A stretch of DNA of 64,000 nt from Smithella sp. PtaU1.Bin162 (GTDB lineage Bacteria; Desulfobacterota; Syntrophia; Syntrophales; Smithellaceae). The stretch covers positions 784 through 64,783 of the forward strand of contig MVRV01000077.1 of the NCBI GenBank assembly GCA_002068015.1, in the 5' to 3' direction. The notes under the pieces were generated by a model. The model was not told the DNA's origin and did not search any database. It saw only the letters and a program-made list of their open reading frames with translations. The position numbers were made by a program, and so were the translations under genes. Below are positions 1 through 8,300 of this stretch, piece by piece (position 1 is the first letter of the stretch; each line of letters begins with the position of its first letter).

Positions 1-228
1 GCGCACCTCCGCCGCAATCGGCCCGATGACGGCTTGGTTGTGGTATGTGGGCAGACTCGGGCGAGTAGGTTGCTCGATCGAGCGATTGCGATCTCCGATG
101 AGGCGCAACGTGCCACGCCCGAGACCGAAAAGCGAATGGGCATCCGTGGGTCCCTTATGCGCGCTATCGGAAGATGGGTTCCCCAGGAATGTATCGATGA
201 TGTTTTACACATGATTATCCAGCGATGA
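1..228 (+). CDS. 5'-truncated CDS; C-terminus of a probable Nmad3 (nucleotide modification associated domain 3)-like protein
   Basis: Frame 1 is open from base 1 to TGA 226-228 (AHLRRNRPDDGLVVVCGQTRASRLLDRAIAIS...GSLMRAIGRWV). It resembles my recollection of the Nmad3 C-terminus (H.R...LVLVKG...SRLL..A..IS...S.QR...RWV). The stop overlaps the next start (ATGA). Confidence 0.5.
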   Translation, partial: AHLRRNRPDDGLVVVCGQTRASRLLDRAIAISDEAQRATPETEKRMGIRGSLMRAIGRWVPQECIDDVLHMIIQR

Positions 229-797
229 ACTACAGAATGGCCGAAGAAGAACGGATAAAGCGGGTATTGATCTATAAGAGGACGCACGAGGGCGATCCTG
301 ATCCCGCAATGGGCGTGTTCGGGAATCATTGCTGCATGGGGACAGTTCGCGGATGGAACTATGACGCAGTAATTGGTGTTGGAGGGACAAGGCCATGGCC
401 TCAATACCAGGGGATCGCGGAGAAGCTCAACTGGATCGGGATCGGTCCACGCAGGAGTGGTGGTGTACGCCGTCCCAAAGTGGCCTTCGACCATTTTTTG
501 TATGACGGCCAGAAAGGCCCGATGCTACTCGACATCGCGCCAACCCTAGCACAACGAATGTATCGCAAGAATGCGAGGCTGCTCATTGCCACGCCATCCT
601 CTTCGGAGTGGTCGGATGTTAAGAACATTCTCGATCTTGCGAGGACCGCGCCGGCTTCGGGTCAACTCACGGGCGCGCGTCGACGGAACTTGCACGAGAA
701 GGCCGACGAATGCCATTCAGACTCTTGTAGTTCAACGTCGGCGGTTCGTAAAACCGAACAAGAGAATCCAGCCGACGCCAAAGAACATCGCGGCTGA
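225..797 (+). CDS. Hypothetical protein, possibly a remote Nmad2-like domain; integron-cassette encoded
   Basis: 190-aa ORF with a conserved-looking N-terminal block YKRTHEGDPDP..GVFG..CMG.VR...YDAVIGVGG. It is ATGA-coupled to the upstream ORF and its stop lies inside the attC. Confidence 0.7.
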   Translation: MNYRMAEEERIKRVLIYKRTHEGDPDPAMGVFGNHCCMGTVRGWNYDAVIGVGGTRPWPQYQGIAEKLNWIGIGPRRSGGVRRPKVAFDHFLYDGQKGPMLLDIAPTLAQRMYRKNARLLIATPSSSEWSDVKNILDLARTAPASGQLTGARRRNLHEKADECHSDSCSSTSAVRKTEQENPADAKEHRG

Positions 798-812
798 TTC
801 TCGACGTTGGGG
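753..812 (+). mobile_element. attC-like integron recombination site
   Basis: R'' ACCGAAC (753-759) and R' GTTGGGG (806-812). Inner arms GAGAATCCAGCCG / CGGCTGATTCTC pair with one extrahelical base. It is 60 bp long and lies between two co-oriented genes of very different GC content. Confidence 0.75.
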
Positions 813-832
813 TGCTAAAAAAAGAAAACCGT

Positions 833-2194
833 ATGCAAAATATTAAATTATATAATGCACTGGCAGTATTGACAAAAAAATCATTAGAAATCATTTCAAA
901 GTCTATTGATAAGAACTTTGTTGTCGTCAATGAAAGCACCTGGGTAAAACAAGACAACGAAACATATGTAAGGCAGGGGATGCAACGACCTTTGTGGGGG
1001 ATAGTCCTTCATAAGGCAAAAGATGAAATAACAAAGACCGAAGAATTTGTAGAATTTTCTAAAATCACAAATTCAGATCAAATCATTTCTCCCCAGCTAA
1101 ATACTCTAGTTGGTACTTGTATGGGACGGAGTAGGTTTGAGCTTTTCAGCATTGTTTTTAACTCATTGTCTCCTTTCTTGACAGATACAGAAATAGTCAA
1201 TTTTGATGATCAGATATTCAAAACGGAATATTCAAAAATAGAAAAAGCATTATATTCAGACAAAATTGAATTAGAGAGACTAACCCCATTATGCGGGTTC
1301 TTGACAGATTCCCCCAACTTTGTGCTTGATGATAAACTTTCTATCGTAAAATTATCTGACCCCGAAGTACTTCAGATGCTGAGATTGGGGATAAAAATAG
1401 GAGATACTTTCGGTCAGGAAGACTTCATCCATCATATACATCAATTTGCCATAAAATTAACATACGACCTTCCTAAGATTGCTGGAGATGGGGACATCCA
1501 AGGAAACATCGATGCGCATATTCCCTATGTAAATGGCACTCTCGAACAAAAATTGCTTAGTGCACTTCGGTTGTTTAAAGAAGGTAAAATCTACGCATTA
1601 GGTACTGTTGTTAGGAGTAACAGCATATTTAACGTAGGAGTTTCTTACAACCTTGGGACTACATCGAGAGCTTTTATAGAGAATAAATTCCAACTATCTG
1701 AAACCGAAAGGGATAAATTTATTAAATTCTGGGAAGTGTATCAAGGAACGAATATTCCAGAAAACAATTTTTTGTCTGTAGCAATTCGAAGATTTAGTCA
1801 AGCAAATGAGCGGGTAAGTACTGAAGATAAGATTATTGACCTTTTCATAAGTGCCGAGGCTCTTTTCTTAAGTTCTGGGGGCAGCTTCCAAGGTGAATTG
1901 AAATACCGTCTATCTCACAGGGCTGCAATGTTTCTTGATGATGAGAAAGACAAGCAAAGAGAGGTCTTTAAGTTTATGCAAAAAGCATATGATGTGAGAA
2001 GTGCGATTGTTCATGGTACTGCACTTAACCTTCCCAAAAAAGATGATGGCATGCCTTACTTGCTCGAAGAATTTTGCAAACGCTTAGAGTCCGACCTCCG
2101 CGTTGCAATAAATAAAACAATCAAACAGGCATCAACGGCGAAAAATCCGAACAAAGTCTTAGAATGGGATTCGATTATCTTTCCTTCAGGGTAG
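833..2194 (+). CDS. Apea-like HEPN domain protein (putative RNase / anti-phage effector)
   Basis: C-terminal IIDLFISAEALF...ELKYRLSHRAA...AYDVRSAIVHG carries the HEPN RxxxxH motif. The gene is AT-rich and its ATG at 833 lies just after the attC. Confidence 0.8.
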   Translation: MQNIKLYNALAVLTKKSLEIISKSIDKNFVVVNESTWVKQDNETYVRQGMQRPLWGIVLHKAKDEITKTEEFVEFSKITNSDQIISPQLNTLVGTCMGRSRFELFSIVFNSLSPFLTDTEIVNFDDQIFKTEYSKIEKALYSDKIELERLTPLCGFLTDSPNFVLDDKLSIVKLSDPEVLQMLRLGIKIGDTFGQEDFIHHIHQFAIKLTYDLPKIAGDGDIQGNIDAHIPYVNGTLEQKLLSALRLFKEGKIYALGTVVRSNSIFNVGVSYNLGTTSRAFIENKFQLSETERDKFIKFWEVYQGTNIPENNFLSVAIRRFSQANERVSTEDKIIDLFISAEALFLSSGGSFQGELKYRLSHRAAMFLDDEKDKQREVFKFMQKAYDVRSAIVHGTALNLPKKDDGMPYLLEEFCKRLESDLRVAINKTIKQASTAKNPNKVLEWDSIIFPSG

Positions 2195-2199
2195 GACGG

Positions 2200-2298
2200 G
2201 GGACGCCCTTAAGAAATTAAGTATCTAAGAGCGGTTTGCCTTAAAATAGTTTACAGTGAAGGAATAAAAGCAATAACTTAAATACTTAAGGGCGTCCC
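2200..2298. repeat. 99-bp MITE-like element with 23-bp terminal inverted repeats
   Basis: GGGACGCCCTTAAGAAATTAAGT (2200-2222) versus ACTTAAATACTTAAGGGCGTCCC (2276-2298): 21/23 complementary, with an AT-rich interior. Confidence 0.7.
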
Positions 2299-2317
2299 GT
2301 ATGGACGGCTAATTCCA

Positions 2318-2359
2318 TGTCCTCCGCTGGCGGAGGTGTCACAAAGTGACGGAGGTGGA
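2318..2359. repeat. REP-like palindrome, left flank of the DUF559 gene
   Basis: TGTCCTCCGCTGGCGGAGG hairpin followed by ...GGAGGTGGA; an inverted relative of 2751-2783. Confidence 0.65.
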
Positions 2360-2366
2360 AGATCAA

Positions 2367-2816
2367 ATGACTTTTGATGTCTTTAATAATTGTGGTTATA
2401 ACAAGAATCTAAGATCGCTTGCCGGTAATTTACGTCGTAATATGACAAAATCGGAATCATGCTTATGGAAATATGCTTTGAAAGCTAAACAACTTAAAGG
2501 CTATCAATTTCGAAGGCAAAGACCTGTCTTGAATTATATTGCTGATTTTATATGCAAAGAATTAATGCTGATTATAGAGGTTGACGGGATTACTCACGAT
2601 GTGGAAGTTTCATCAGCCAAAGACAAAAAACGTGAAGAGGAACTTAGCCGGGCAGGTTTTAAAGTAATTAGATTTACCGACGAGGAAGTATTAATAAACA
2701 TGGCAGGTGTCATAACAGCAATTGAGAAAAATATTGAAACCATAGAAGCGTCCACCCCCTCAATCCCCCGCCGGCGGGGGACAGGCAAAGCAAATAATGA
2801 CGGGAGAGTTAATTGA
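2367..2816 (+). CDS. DUF559 / Vsr-like (PD-(D/E)xK) endonuclease domain protein
   Basis: LRRNMTKSE..LW, FRRQRP...YIADF.C, IIEVDGITH and GFKVIRFTD motifs. Confidence 0.9.
   Translation: MTFDVFNNCGYNKNLRSLAGNLRRNMTKSESCLWKYALKAKQLKGYQFRRQRPVLNYIADFICKELMLIIEVDGITHDVEVSSAKDKKREEELSRAGFKVIRFTDEEVLINMAGVITAIEKNIETIEASTPSIPRRRGTGKANNDGRVN
2751..2783. repeat. REP-like palindrome, right flank of the DUF559 gene (inside its 3' end)
   Basis: TCCACCCCCTCAATCCCCCGCCGGCGGGGGACA; inverted copy of 2318-2359. Confidence 0.65.
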
Positions 2817-2905
2817 GGTACAGTATCTTTTCGGGAATGACAAAATAGATAAATTGCTGCAGTTTTGTTCAATCCTTGATATATGCGGCGTCATAATTTT
2901 TAAAT

Positions 2906-3748
2906 TTAAAAATTTTCCTGCCAGCTGACCATGTAATCCAGTGAGTTCTTCTTGGGAGGGTTCTCGCTGATCTTCCAACTGCCTGAAATACCAATTTCCT
3001 TTGCCGTATATTCAAAATGGTTCATGGCTATGCCCATGTCGAGATCCTGAATGGGTACCTCCCGTAATGTATAACCGAAAGCCCGATCCAGATAAAAATG
3101 AAAAGAATTACCGGTGTTATCAAGCACGATACGCCAGGGTTGCTTGTTGGAAGCCGACGGCGCCAGCCGGACATTTTCCAGCGCTTCGGCATATTTCCCG
3201 GCCTGTTCCTCGGTGAGCGGTGTCGTAAAATCTCCGGCAAAAAACATCTCCGGCCAGGGTTTGCGAAAATTGGACCCGGCAAAGCGGCGGAATATTTTTT
3301 CCATGAACGATTTTTGATCGGTGGGATAACCTATCGGGCTTACGGCCGGAAGGAGTTCGTCATCGGAGCGGTTGATGACTTTAGCAAAGCCGCTTGCGTT
3401 GAAAGTGCCCGCAAGCCAGCAGGTGCCGAGCCCGAGTGCCGTCGCCTGCAGGATCAGAGTTTCCATACAGTAACCGTAATCAACTACTGCGTTATCGGCT
3501 TTCTTTATTTTTCCGGCGAGAAATAGCCGCGCATTTTTGATGACGCCATAAGTACCGGTATTTTTCCACTCTTCGGGTGAGGATATATCCGGATTGATTA
3601 AACGGAATAAAGGTTTGTTGCCGAACGGTCCCGCATGCTCTTTAGTGACGATGCTTGCAAACTTCTGCAGTATTTCTTCGTTAAGCGGTTGCAGCGCATA
3701 CGTCCGGCAGGAGATGCGTTTTTTGATCAGTGCGGATATTTCCGGCAT
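2906..3748 (-). CDS. Nitroreductase family protein (duplicated nitroreductase fold)
   Basis: IKKRISCRTY, LQATALGLGTCW, RLAPSASNKQPW and DMGIAMNHF motifs. Confidence 0.9.
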   Translation of the reverse strand: MPEISALIKKRISCRTYALQPLNEEILQKFASIVTKEHAGPFGNKPLFRLINPDISSPEEWKNTGTYGVIKNARLFLAGKIKKADNAVVDYGYCMETLILQATALGLGTCWLAGTFNASGFAKVINRSDDELLPAVSPIGYPTDQKSFMEKIFRRFAGSNFRKPWPEMFFAGDFTTPLTEEQAGKYAEALENVRLAPSASNKQPWRIVLDNTGNSFHFYLDRAFGYTLREVPIQDLDMGIAMNHFEYTAKEIGISGSWKISENPPKKNSLDYMVSWQENF

Positions 3749-3826
3749 AAAATCCCCCTAAAATTGTTGTTGGCAAAATTGCCGGGTAAATGTACTATAA
3801 GTAACCGGTAAAGAAAAACGTTTTTA

Positions 3827-3992
3827 GCAGGCTGCTGAAAAAGGCTCCCGGCACACGCCGGGCAGGCATATGCGCAGTAAATCCGGCGAATGCCGGATAC
3901 GCTTCGGCTCTCGCTGCTCACGTACCTCTAAAGTACGCTCCGCCGCTCGATTCTCGCGATGCCTTGCCTCTGAACCTTTTTGAGCAGCCTGC
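3827..3992. repeat. 166-bp MITE-like element with 18-bp terminal inverted repeats
   Basis: GCAGGCTGCTGAAAAAGG ... CCTTTTTGAGCAGCCTGC (17/18 complementary). GC-rich with internal hairpins, in an AT-rich intergenic gap. Confidence 0.75.
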
Positions 3993-4080
3993 CGGTGGAA
4001 TATTGAAAAATACTTATCTGCTGCGTTTAGGTATATTTATAAACGATGCTATTTCGGTTGCAAAGACTAAATAATGCTTT

Positions 4081-4108
4081 GTAGAGACGTTGCATGCAAC
4101 GTCTCTAC
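4081..4108. repeat. GTAG-type REP palindrome, copy 1
   Basis: Perfect 28-bp palindrome GTAGAGACGTTGCATGCAACGTCTCTAC. Confidence 0.85.
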
Positions 4109-4183
4109 TTCGTAAAAATTACCACCGATCCCCACTTAATGGGTACAACCGTGATTTTTACAGGTTTTGACGAGGAGAGATAT

Positions 4184-5749
4184 ATGAAACTAGCCACTGT
4201 CGAGGAAATGCGTTTCCTGGATCGCTCCGCCATGGAGAAACTGGGGATCAGTGAAGAAATCCTGATGGAGAATGCCGCTCTCGCTTCGATCAGGGTACTG
4301 CAAAGAGAAATAGGAATCTCCGGTAAAAAATTTGTCGTCTTTTGCGGTTCCGGTAACAACGGTGGTGACGGTCTGGCCGTAGCCCGCCTTATTCATTCGA
4401 ACGGTGGCATGGTAAAAATATTTCTCACCGGTGACAGGAAAAAATATCGCGGTGCGGCCAAAACGAATCTGGACATTATTTCCAGATTGCCTGTTTTGGT
4501 AATTGATCTCCGGGCGACGGCGGATGCGCGAAAAGATGTGATGCACTGCGACGCCGTCATTGATGCAATATTCGGCACAGGGCTTGACCGCGAGGTTAAA
4601 GGATTGGCTGCCGATGTTATCGGGCTTGTCAACGCTTGCCGTCATAAGGTTATATCGCTCGATATTCCTTCCGGTGTTAACGGCAATACCGGAGAAATTA
4701 TGGGTGCGGCGGTCAAGGCCGATTATACGGTAACCTTCGGCCTGCCGAAGATAGGCAATATTCTTTATCCCGGCCATGAACTGTGCGGGAAGCTTTTTGT
4801 GACACATATTTCTTTCCCTCCCTCGTTTTATGCAAGCGATGATCTCAAGGTGGAAATAAACGGTTATGTGGCGCTGCCGCCGCGTCCGGCGGAAGCTTAT
4901 AAGGGATCGATGGGTGATGTCCTTTTCATTGCCGGGGCTGCCAATTATTACGGTGCGCCTTATTTTGCCGCCATGTCGTTTATGAAATCGGGTGGCGGCT
5001 ACGCCAGACTTGCCGCTCCGCAATCCATTATTTCCACCATGGCGAAAAAAGGTCGGGAAATAGTTTATCTGCCGCAGGAAGAAACGGCTGCCGGAAGTAT
5101 TGCTCTGAAAAACAAACAACAATTGCTGACGGCGGCAAACGGTGTTGATCTGGTGGTTATCGGCCCCGGTCTTTCTTTGCAGGAGGAGACAGCCCGCCTG
5201 GTGAAGGAGCTGATAAGTAAAATCAAGATTCCTCTTTTAATTGATGGCGACGGACTTACTGCCTTAGCCTCTGATCCTTCTATTCTCCAAAAGCGTAAGG
5301 CGCAAACGATCCTGACGCCTCATTTGGGTGAAATGGCCAGGCTTACCGGAAAATCCGCCGCGGAAATCAGTAAAAATAAAATTACAATTCTACAGGAGAC
5401 GGCTAAAAAACTTAAAGCCGCGATTGTCTTGAAAGGTGCGCATTCTTTGATCGGCCTGCCCGATGGCCGTGTTTATGTAAATTTAAGCGGCAATGCCGGA
5501 ATGGCGACAGCCGGCTCCGGTGACGTGCTAACCGGTTGCATTGCAGCCATGTGCGGGATGGGGCTCACGCCGGGTGAGGCAACGCGCAAAGGTGTTTTTC
5601 TGCACGGCTATGCGGGTGACCTCGCGGCTCACAAAAAGGGTGCTGATGGTATTACGGCCAGGGATATTATGGAATTTTTACCACAGGCCATGAAAAATGA
5701 CCGGGCCGGAAATATCGAAGCGGAATATTTCGCTCCGCCGGTAATTTGA
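4184..5749 (+). CDS. nnr: Bifunctional NAD(P)H-hydrate epimerase/dehydratase (NnrE-NnrD)
   Basis: LMENA, GSGNNGGDG, DAIFGTG, LTPHLGEMARL and MATAGSGDVLTG motifs; GAGGAG RBS before ATG 4184. Confidence 0.95.
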   Translation: MKLATVEEMRFLDRSAMEKLGISEEILMENAALASIRVLQREIGISGKKFVVFCGSGNNGGDGLAVARLIHSNGGMVKIFLTGDRKKYRGAAKTNLDIISRLPVLVIDLRATADARKDVMHCDAVIDAIFGTGLDREVKGLAADVIGLVNACRHKVISLDIPSGVNGNTGEIMGAAVKADYTVTFGLPKIGNILYPGHELCGKLFVTHISFPPSFYASDDLKVEINGYVALPPRPAEAYKGSMGDVLFIAGAANYYGAPYFAAMSFMKSGGGYARLAAPQSIISTMAKKGREIVYLPQEETAAGSIALKNKQQLLTAANGVDLVVIGPGLSLQEETARLVKELISKIKIPLLIDGDGLTALASDPSILQKRKAQTILTPHLGEMARLTGKSAAEISKNKITILQETAKKLKAAIVLKGAHSLIGLPDGRVYVNLSGNAGMATAGSGDVLTGCIAAMCGMGLTPGEATRKGVFLHGYAGDLAAHKKGADGITARDIMEFLPQAMKNDRAGNIEAEYFAPPVI

Positions 5750-5753
5750 TAAC

Positions 5754-5781
5754 GTAGAGACGGTGCATGCAACGTCTCTAC
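5754..5781. repeat. GTAG-type REP palindrome, copy 2
   Basis: GTAGAGACGGTGCATGCAACGTCTCTAC (1 mismatch), between convergent genes. Confidence 0.85.
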
Positions 5782-5811
5782 AGACATAGAATGGTCTGGA
5801 GGCAACTTTCG

Positions 5812-6786
5812 TTATATTTTTCGGGAGAGAATGTATTCGGCGACAGCATACAAGTGGTCTTTTTCCGGGCCGGTTGAAAAGACTTTCAATCCATCCTGTG
5901 CTTCCCGGATAAATGTATGGGCGCGATTGAGCGAATAATCAATGCCGCCGGATTTTTGAATCAGATCAAAAATGCCGCGGACGGCTTCCGCTGAAAAAGC
6001 CTTTTTCTCAATGGTTGTTCTAATCATATTCCGCTCATCCTCTCTGCATTTAGACAGCGTGTAAATGAGCGGCAGCGTCATTTTTCCTTCTTCCAAATCC
6101 TTGCCGATAGATTTGCCGAAATCTTCTTCTTTAGCCATGTAATCGAGCGTATCGTCTGTGATCTGAAACGCCATGCCGATTTTATAACCGAATTGTTCGA
6201 GGGCTTGCTTTTGCTCTTTTGATGCACCGCCCAGTACCGCACCGCTTTCGCAGGCGGCGGAAATGAGCACGGCTGTTTTCTTTTCGACAATGCTTAAATA
6301 TTCAGCTTCCGTAAGGCTTGTATCGCCGCATTTCATGAGTTGAAAAACTTCGCCCTCCGACATGATGTTGGTCATCTTGGACATGAGCTGAACAATCTTA
6401 ATATCACCGATTTCAGCCAAAAGACTGAAGGCTTTGGAATACAGAAAATCGCCGACCAGAACGCTCGCAGCATTTCCCCAGACATTATTGGCTGACGTTT
6501 TACCGCGGCGGATGATTGCTTCGTCAATAACATCGTCATGCAGGAGGCTTGCTGTATGGATGAATTCAATGGATGCCGCAAGCGGGAAACAAGCGTCTCC
6601 CGAATAGCCGCAGAGGTGCGAGCAGATCAGGTGTAAAAGAGGCCGAAACCTTTTGCCGCCGCTGTCAATTAAATGATGAGAGACTTCGGGAATCAGTTTT
6701 ACTTCGGATGTAATATACTTATCGAGGTGTTTTTCCACCTGCTGCATATCATCTTTATAAGCGGCAAAAACATCTTGAATCTGCAT
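5812..6786 (-). CDS. ispB: Polyprenyl diphosphate synthase (IspB-like)
   Basis: GGKRFRP, HTASLLHDDVID and FQITDDTLD (FARM/SARM) motifs. Confidence 0.9.
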   Translation of the reverse strand: MQIQDVFAAYKDDMQQVEKHLDKYITSEVKLIPEVSHHLIDSGGKRFRPLLHLICSHLCGYSGDACFPLAASIEFIHTASLLHDDVIDEAIIRRGKTSANNVWGNAASVLVGDFLYSKAFSLLAEIGDIKIVQLMSKMTNIMSEGEVFQLMKCGDTSLTEAEYLSIVEKKTAVLISAACESGAVLGGASKEQKQALEQFGYKIGMAFQITDDTLDYMAKEEDFGKSIGKDLEEGKMTLPLIYTLSKCREDERNMIRTTIEKKAFSAEAVRGIFDLIQKSGGIDYSLNRAHTFIREAQDGLKVFSTGPEKDHLYAVAEYILSRKI

Positions 6787-6875
6787 GAGATATCTACCTT
6801 GTCGGAACAGAAGTGGGCAAAACTATATTGTAAAGTACTATTGTTTGTCAATTGAGAATTGATAAGTTGCCGCAA

Positions 6876-6903
6876 GTAGAGACGTTGCATGCAACGTCTC
6901 TAT
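6876..6903. repeat. GTAG-type REP palindrome, copy 3
   Basis: GTAGAGACGTTGCATGCAACGTCTCTAT. Confidence 0.85.
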
Positions 6904-6953
6904 AGATTCTGATTTAGAAGAGGTATATATTGTTGAAGAATAATCCTGATTCT

Positions 6954-8300
6954 TCAATCAATTATACGGGCAAAAAGATCATAGTCTTCGGCAGCGGTGA
7001 TTTTACAGCGGACGATTGATCCTGTTTTGGCTTTTCCGCCTCTGACGTAGGTTACGCCGTCAATCTCCGGAGCCTGCCTGCGCGAGCGGCCGACGTGGCT
7101 GTAACCTGCGCGGTCGCTTTTGCCTTCGAGAAGAACTTCCTGGATGCTGCCCACTAAATTCTGATTAATCTTGTTGGAGATTACCGCCTGTTCGTTCATG
7201 ATAATATCGCGGCGGTATTCTTTTTCAGCCTCCGCAATCCTTGATCTGAAGAGCGCGGCCTTTGTTCCTTCTTCGCGCGAATAGGTAAAAACACCCAGAT
7301 GGTCGAATTTTATTTCGCGGATGAATTCAAGAAGTTTTTCAAATCGTTTTGGCGTTTCACCGGGAAACCCGGCAATAATCGAGGTACGCAGGGCAACGCC
7401 GGGGACTATCACCCTCGCCCGTTCGATGGTTTTCCGAATTCCGGCGGCCGTGACTTTACGGTTCATTTTCATAAGAATTGTGTCATCGATATGCTGAACG
7501 GGCAGATCGATGTACCGGCATATTTTATTCTCATCTGCCACTGCCTGCATCACATCTTCGGTAATATGAGCGGGGTGCGCGTATAGCAGCCGGATCCATT
7601 CGATGCCTCTTATCCCGGCAATGTCTCTCAAGATGTCCGACAAGCGCGGGCGTCCGGGTAAGTCCTTGCCATAAACCGTTGTGTCCTGGCCGGTAATAAT
7701 TATTTCTTTGATGCCTCTTTCGGCAAGAGTTTGTGCTTCCTGCAGAATGTCATCGGGACGGCGACTGCGGGCTTTGCCGCGGATTTCCGGAATTACACAG
7801 TATGTGCAGCGGTTGGAACAGCCGTCGGAAATTTTCAGATAAGTACTGAGAGCGGATGCCGGCAATATCCGTGTATGCTGCGCAGTCATTAAAAAATCGG
7901 GTTTGGTGATGACGGCGGTGCGCGGGCTTTTCTTTTTAATGATATTTTTTATGTTCCGGGCGATGTTGGCCACTTCGCCTACGCCCAGAAATAAGTCTAC
8001 TTCGGGTATTTCGTGGAAAAGCTCTTTGCCGTAACGCTGGGCGAGGCATCCCGCGACAACAAGATGAAAGGGACGGGAGCCCTCTTTTTTTTCGGCAGCG
8101 AGTGTAAGTATTTCTTCGAGGGCTTCTTCCTTGGCGGAGCGAATAAAAGCGCAGGTATTGACGATGACTATATCGGCAAGTTCCCGGCGGTTGACGAGCT
8201 GCATGCCGTTTTTAGTGATCTCCCCGCCCATTACTTCGGAATCGACCAGATTTTTGGGACAGCCCAGGCTGATAATATGTACTTTTTTTGCAGGTATCAA
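6954..8300 (-). CDS. rimO: Ribosomal protein S12 methylthiotransferase RimO
   Basis: SLGCPKNLVDSE, NTCAFI, radical SAM CSNRCTYC, APEIDG and a C-terminal TRAM domain. Confidence 0.95.
   Translation of the reverse strand: MIPAKKVHIISLGCPKNLVDSEVMGGEITKNGMQLVNRRELADIVIVNTCAFIRSAKEEALEEILTLAAEKKEGSRPFHLVVAGCLAQRYGKELFHEIPEVDLFLGVGEVANIARNIKNIIKKKSPRTAVITKPDFLMTAQHTRILPASALSTYLKISDGCSNRCTYCVIPEIRGKARSRRPDDILQEAQTLAERGIKEIIITGQDTTVYGKDLPGRPRLSDILRDIAGIRGIEWIRLLYAHPAHITEDVMQAVADENKICRYIDLPVQHIDDTILMKMNRKVTAAGIRKTIERARVIVPGVALRTSIIAGFPGETPKRFEKLLEFIREIKFDHLGVFTYSREEGTKAALFRSRIAEAEKEYRRDIIMNEQAVISNKINQNLVGSIQEVLLEGKSDRAGYSHVGRSRRQAPEIDGVTYVRGGKAKTGSIVRCKITAAEDYDLFARIID

Noticed and set aside
812-832. 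ORF-track GTG start of the HEPN gene at 812
   Set aside because: It overlaps the attC R' box; ATG 833 is the more plausible cassette start.
2145-2194. CCGAACAAAGTCTTAGAATGGGATTCG at the HEPN gene end resembles the left half of an attC
   Set aside because: There is no complementary right arm or GTTRRRY, and the encoded LEWDSIIF is a plausible natural C-terminus.
4094-4183. N-terminal extension of Nnr in the ORF track
   Set aside because: The ATG comes from the REP palindrome; RBS and homology point to 4184.
4081-6903. 28-bp palindromic repeats as a CRISPR array
   Set aside because: Copies are over 1 kb apart, separated by whole genes, with no spacers or cas genes.
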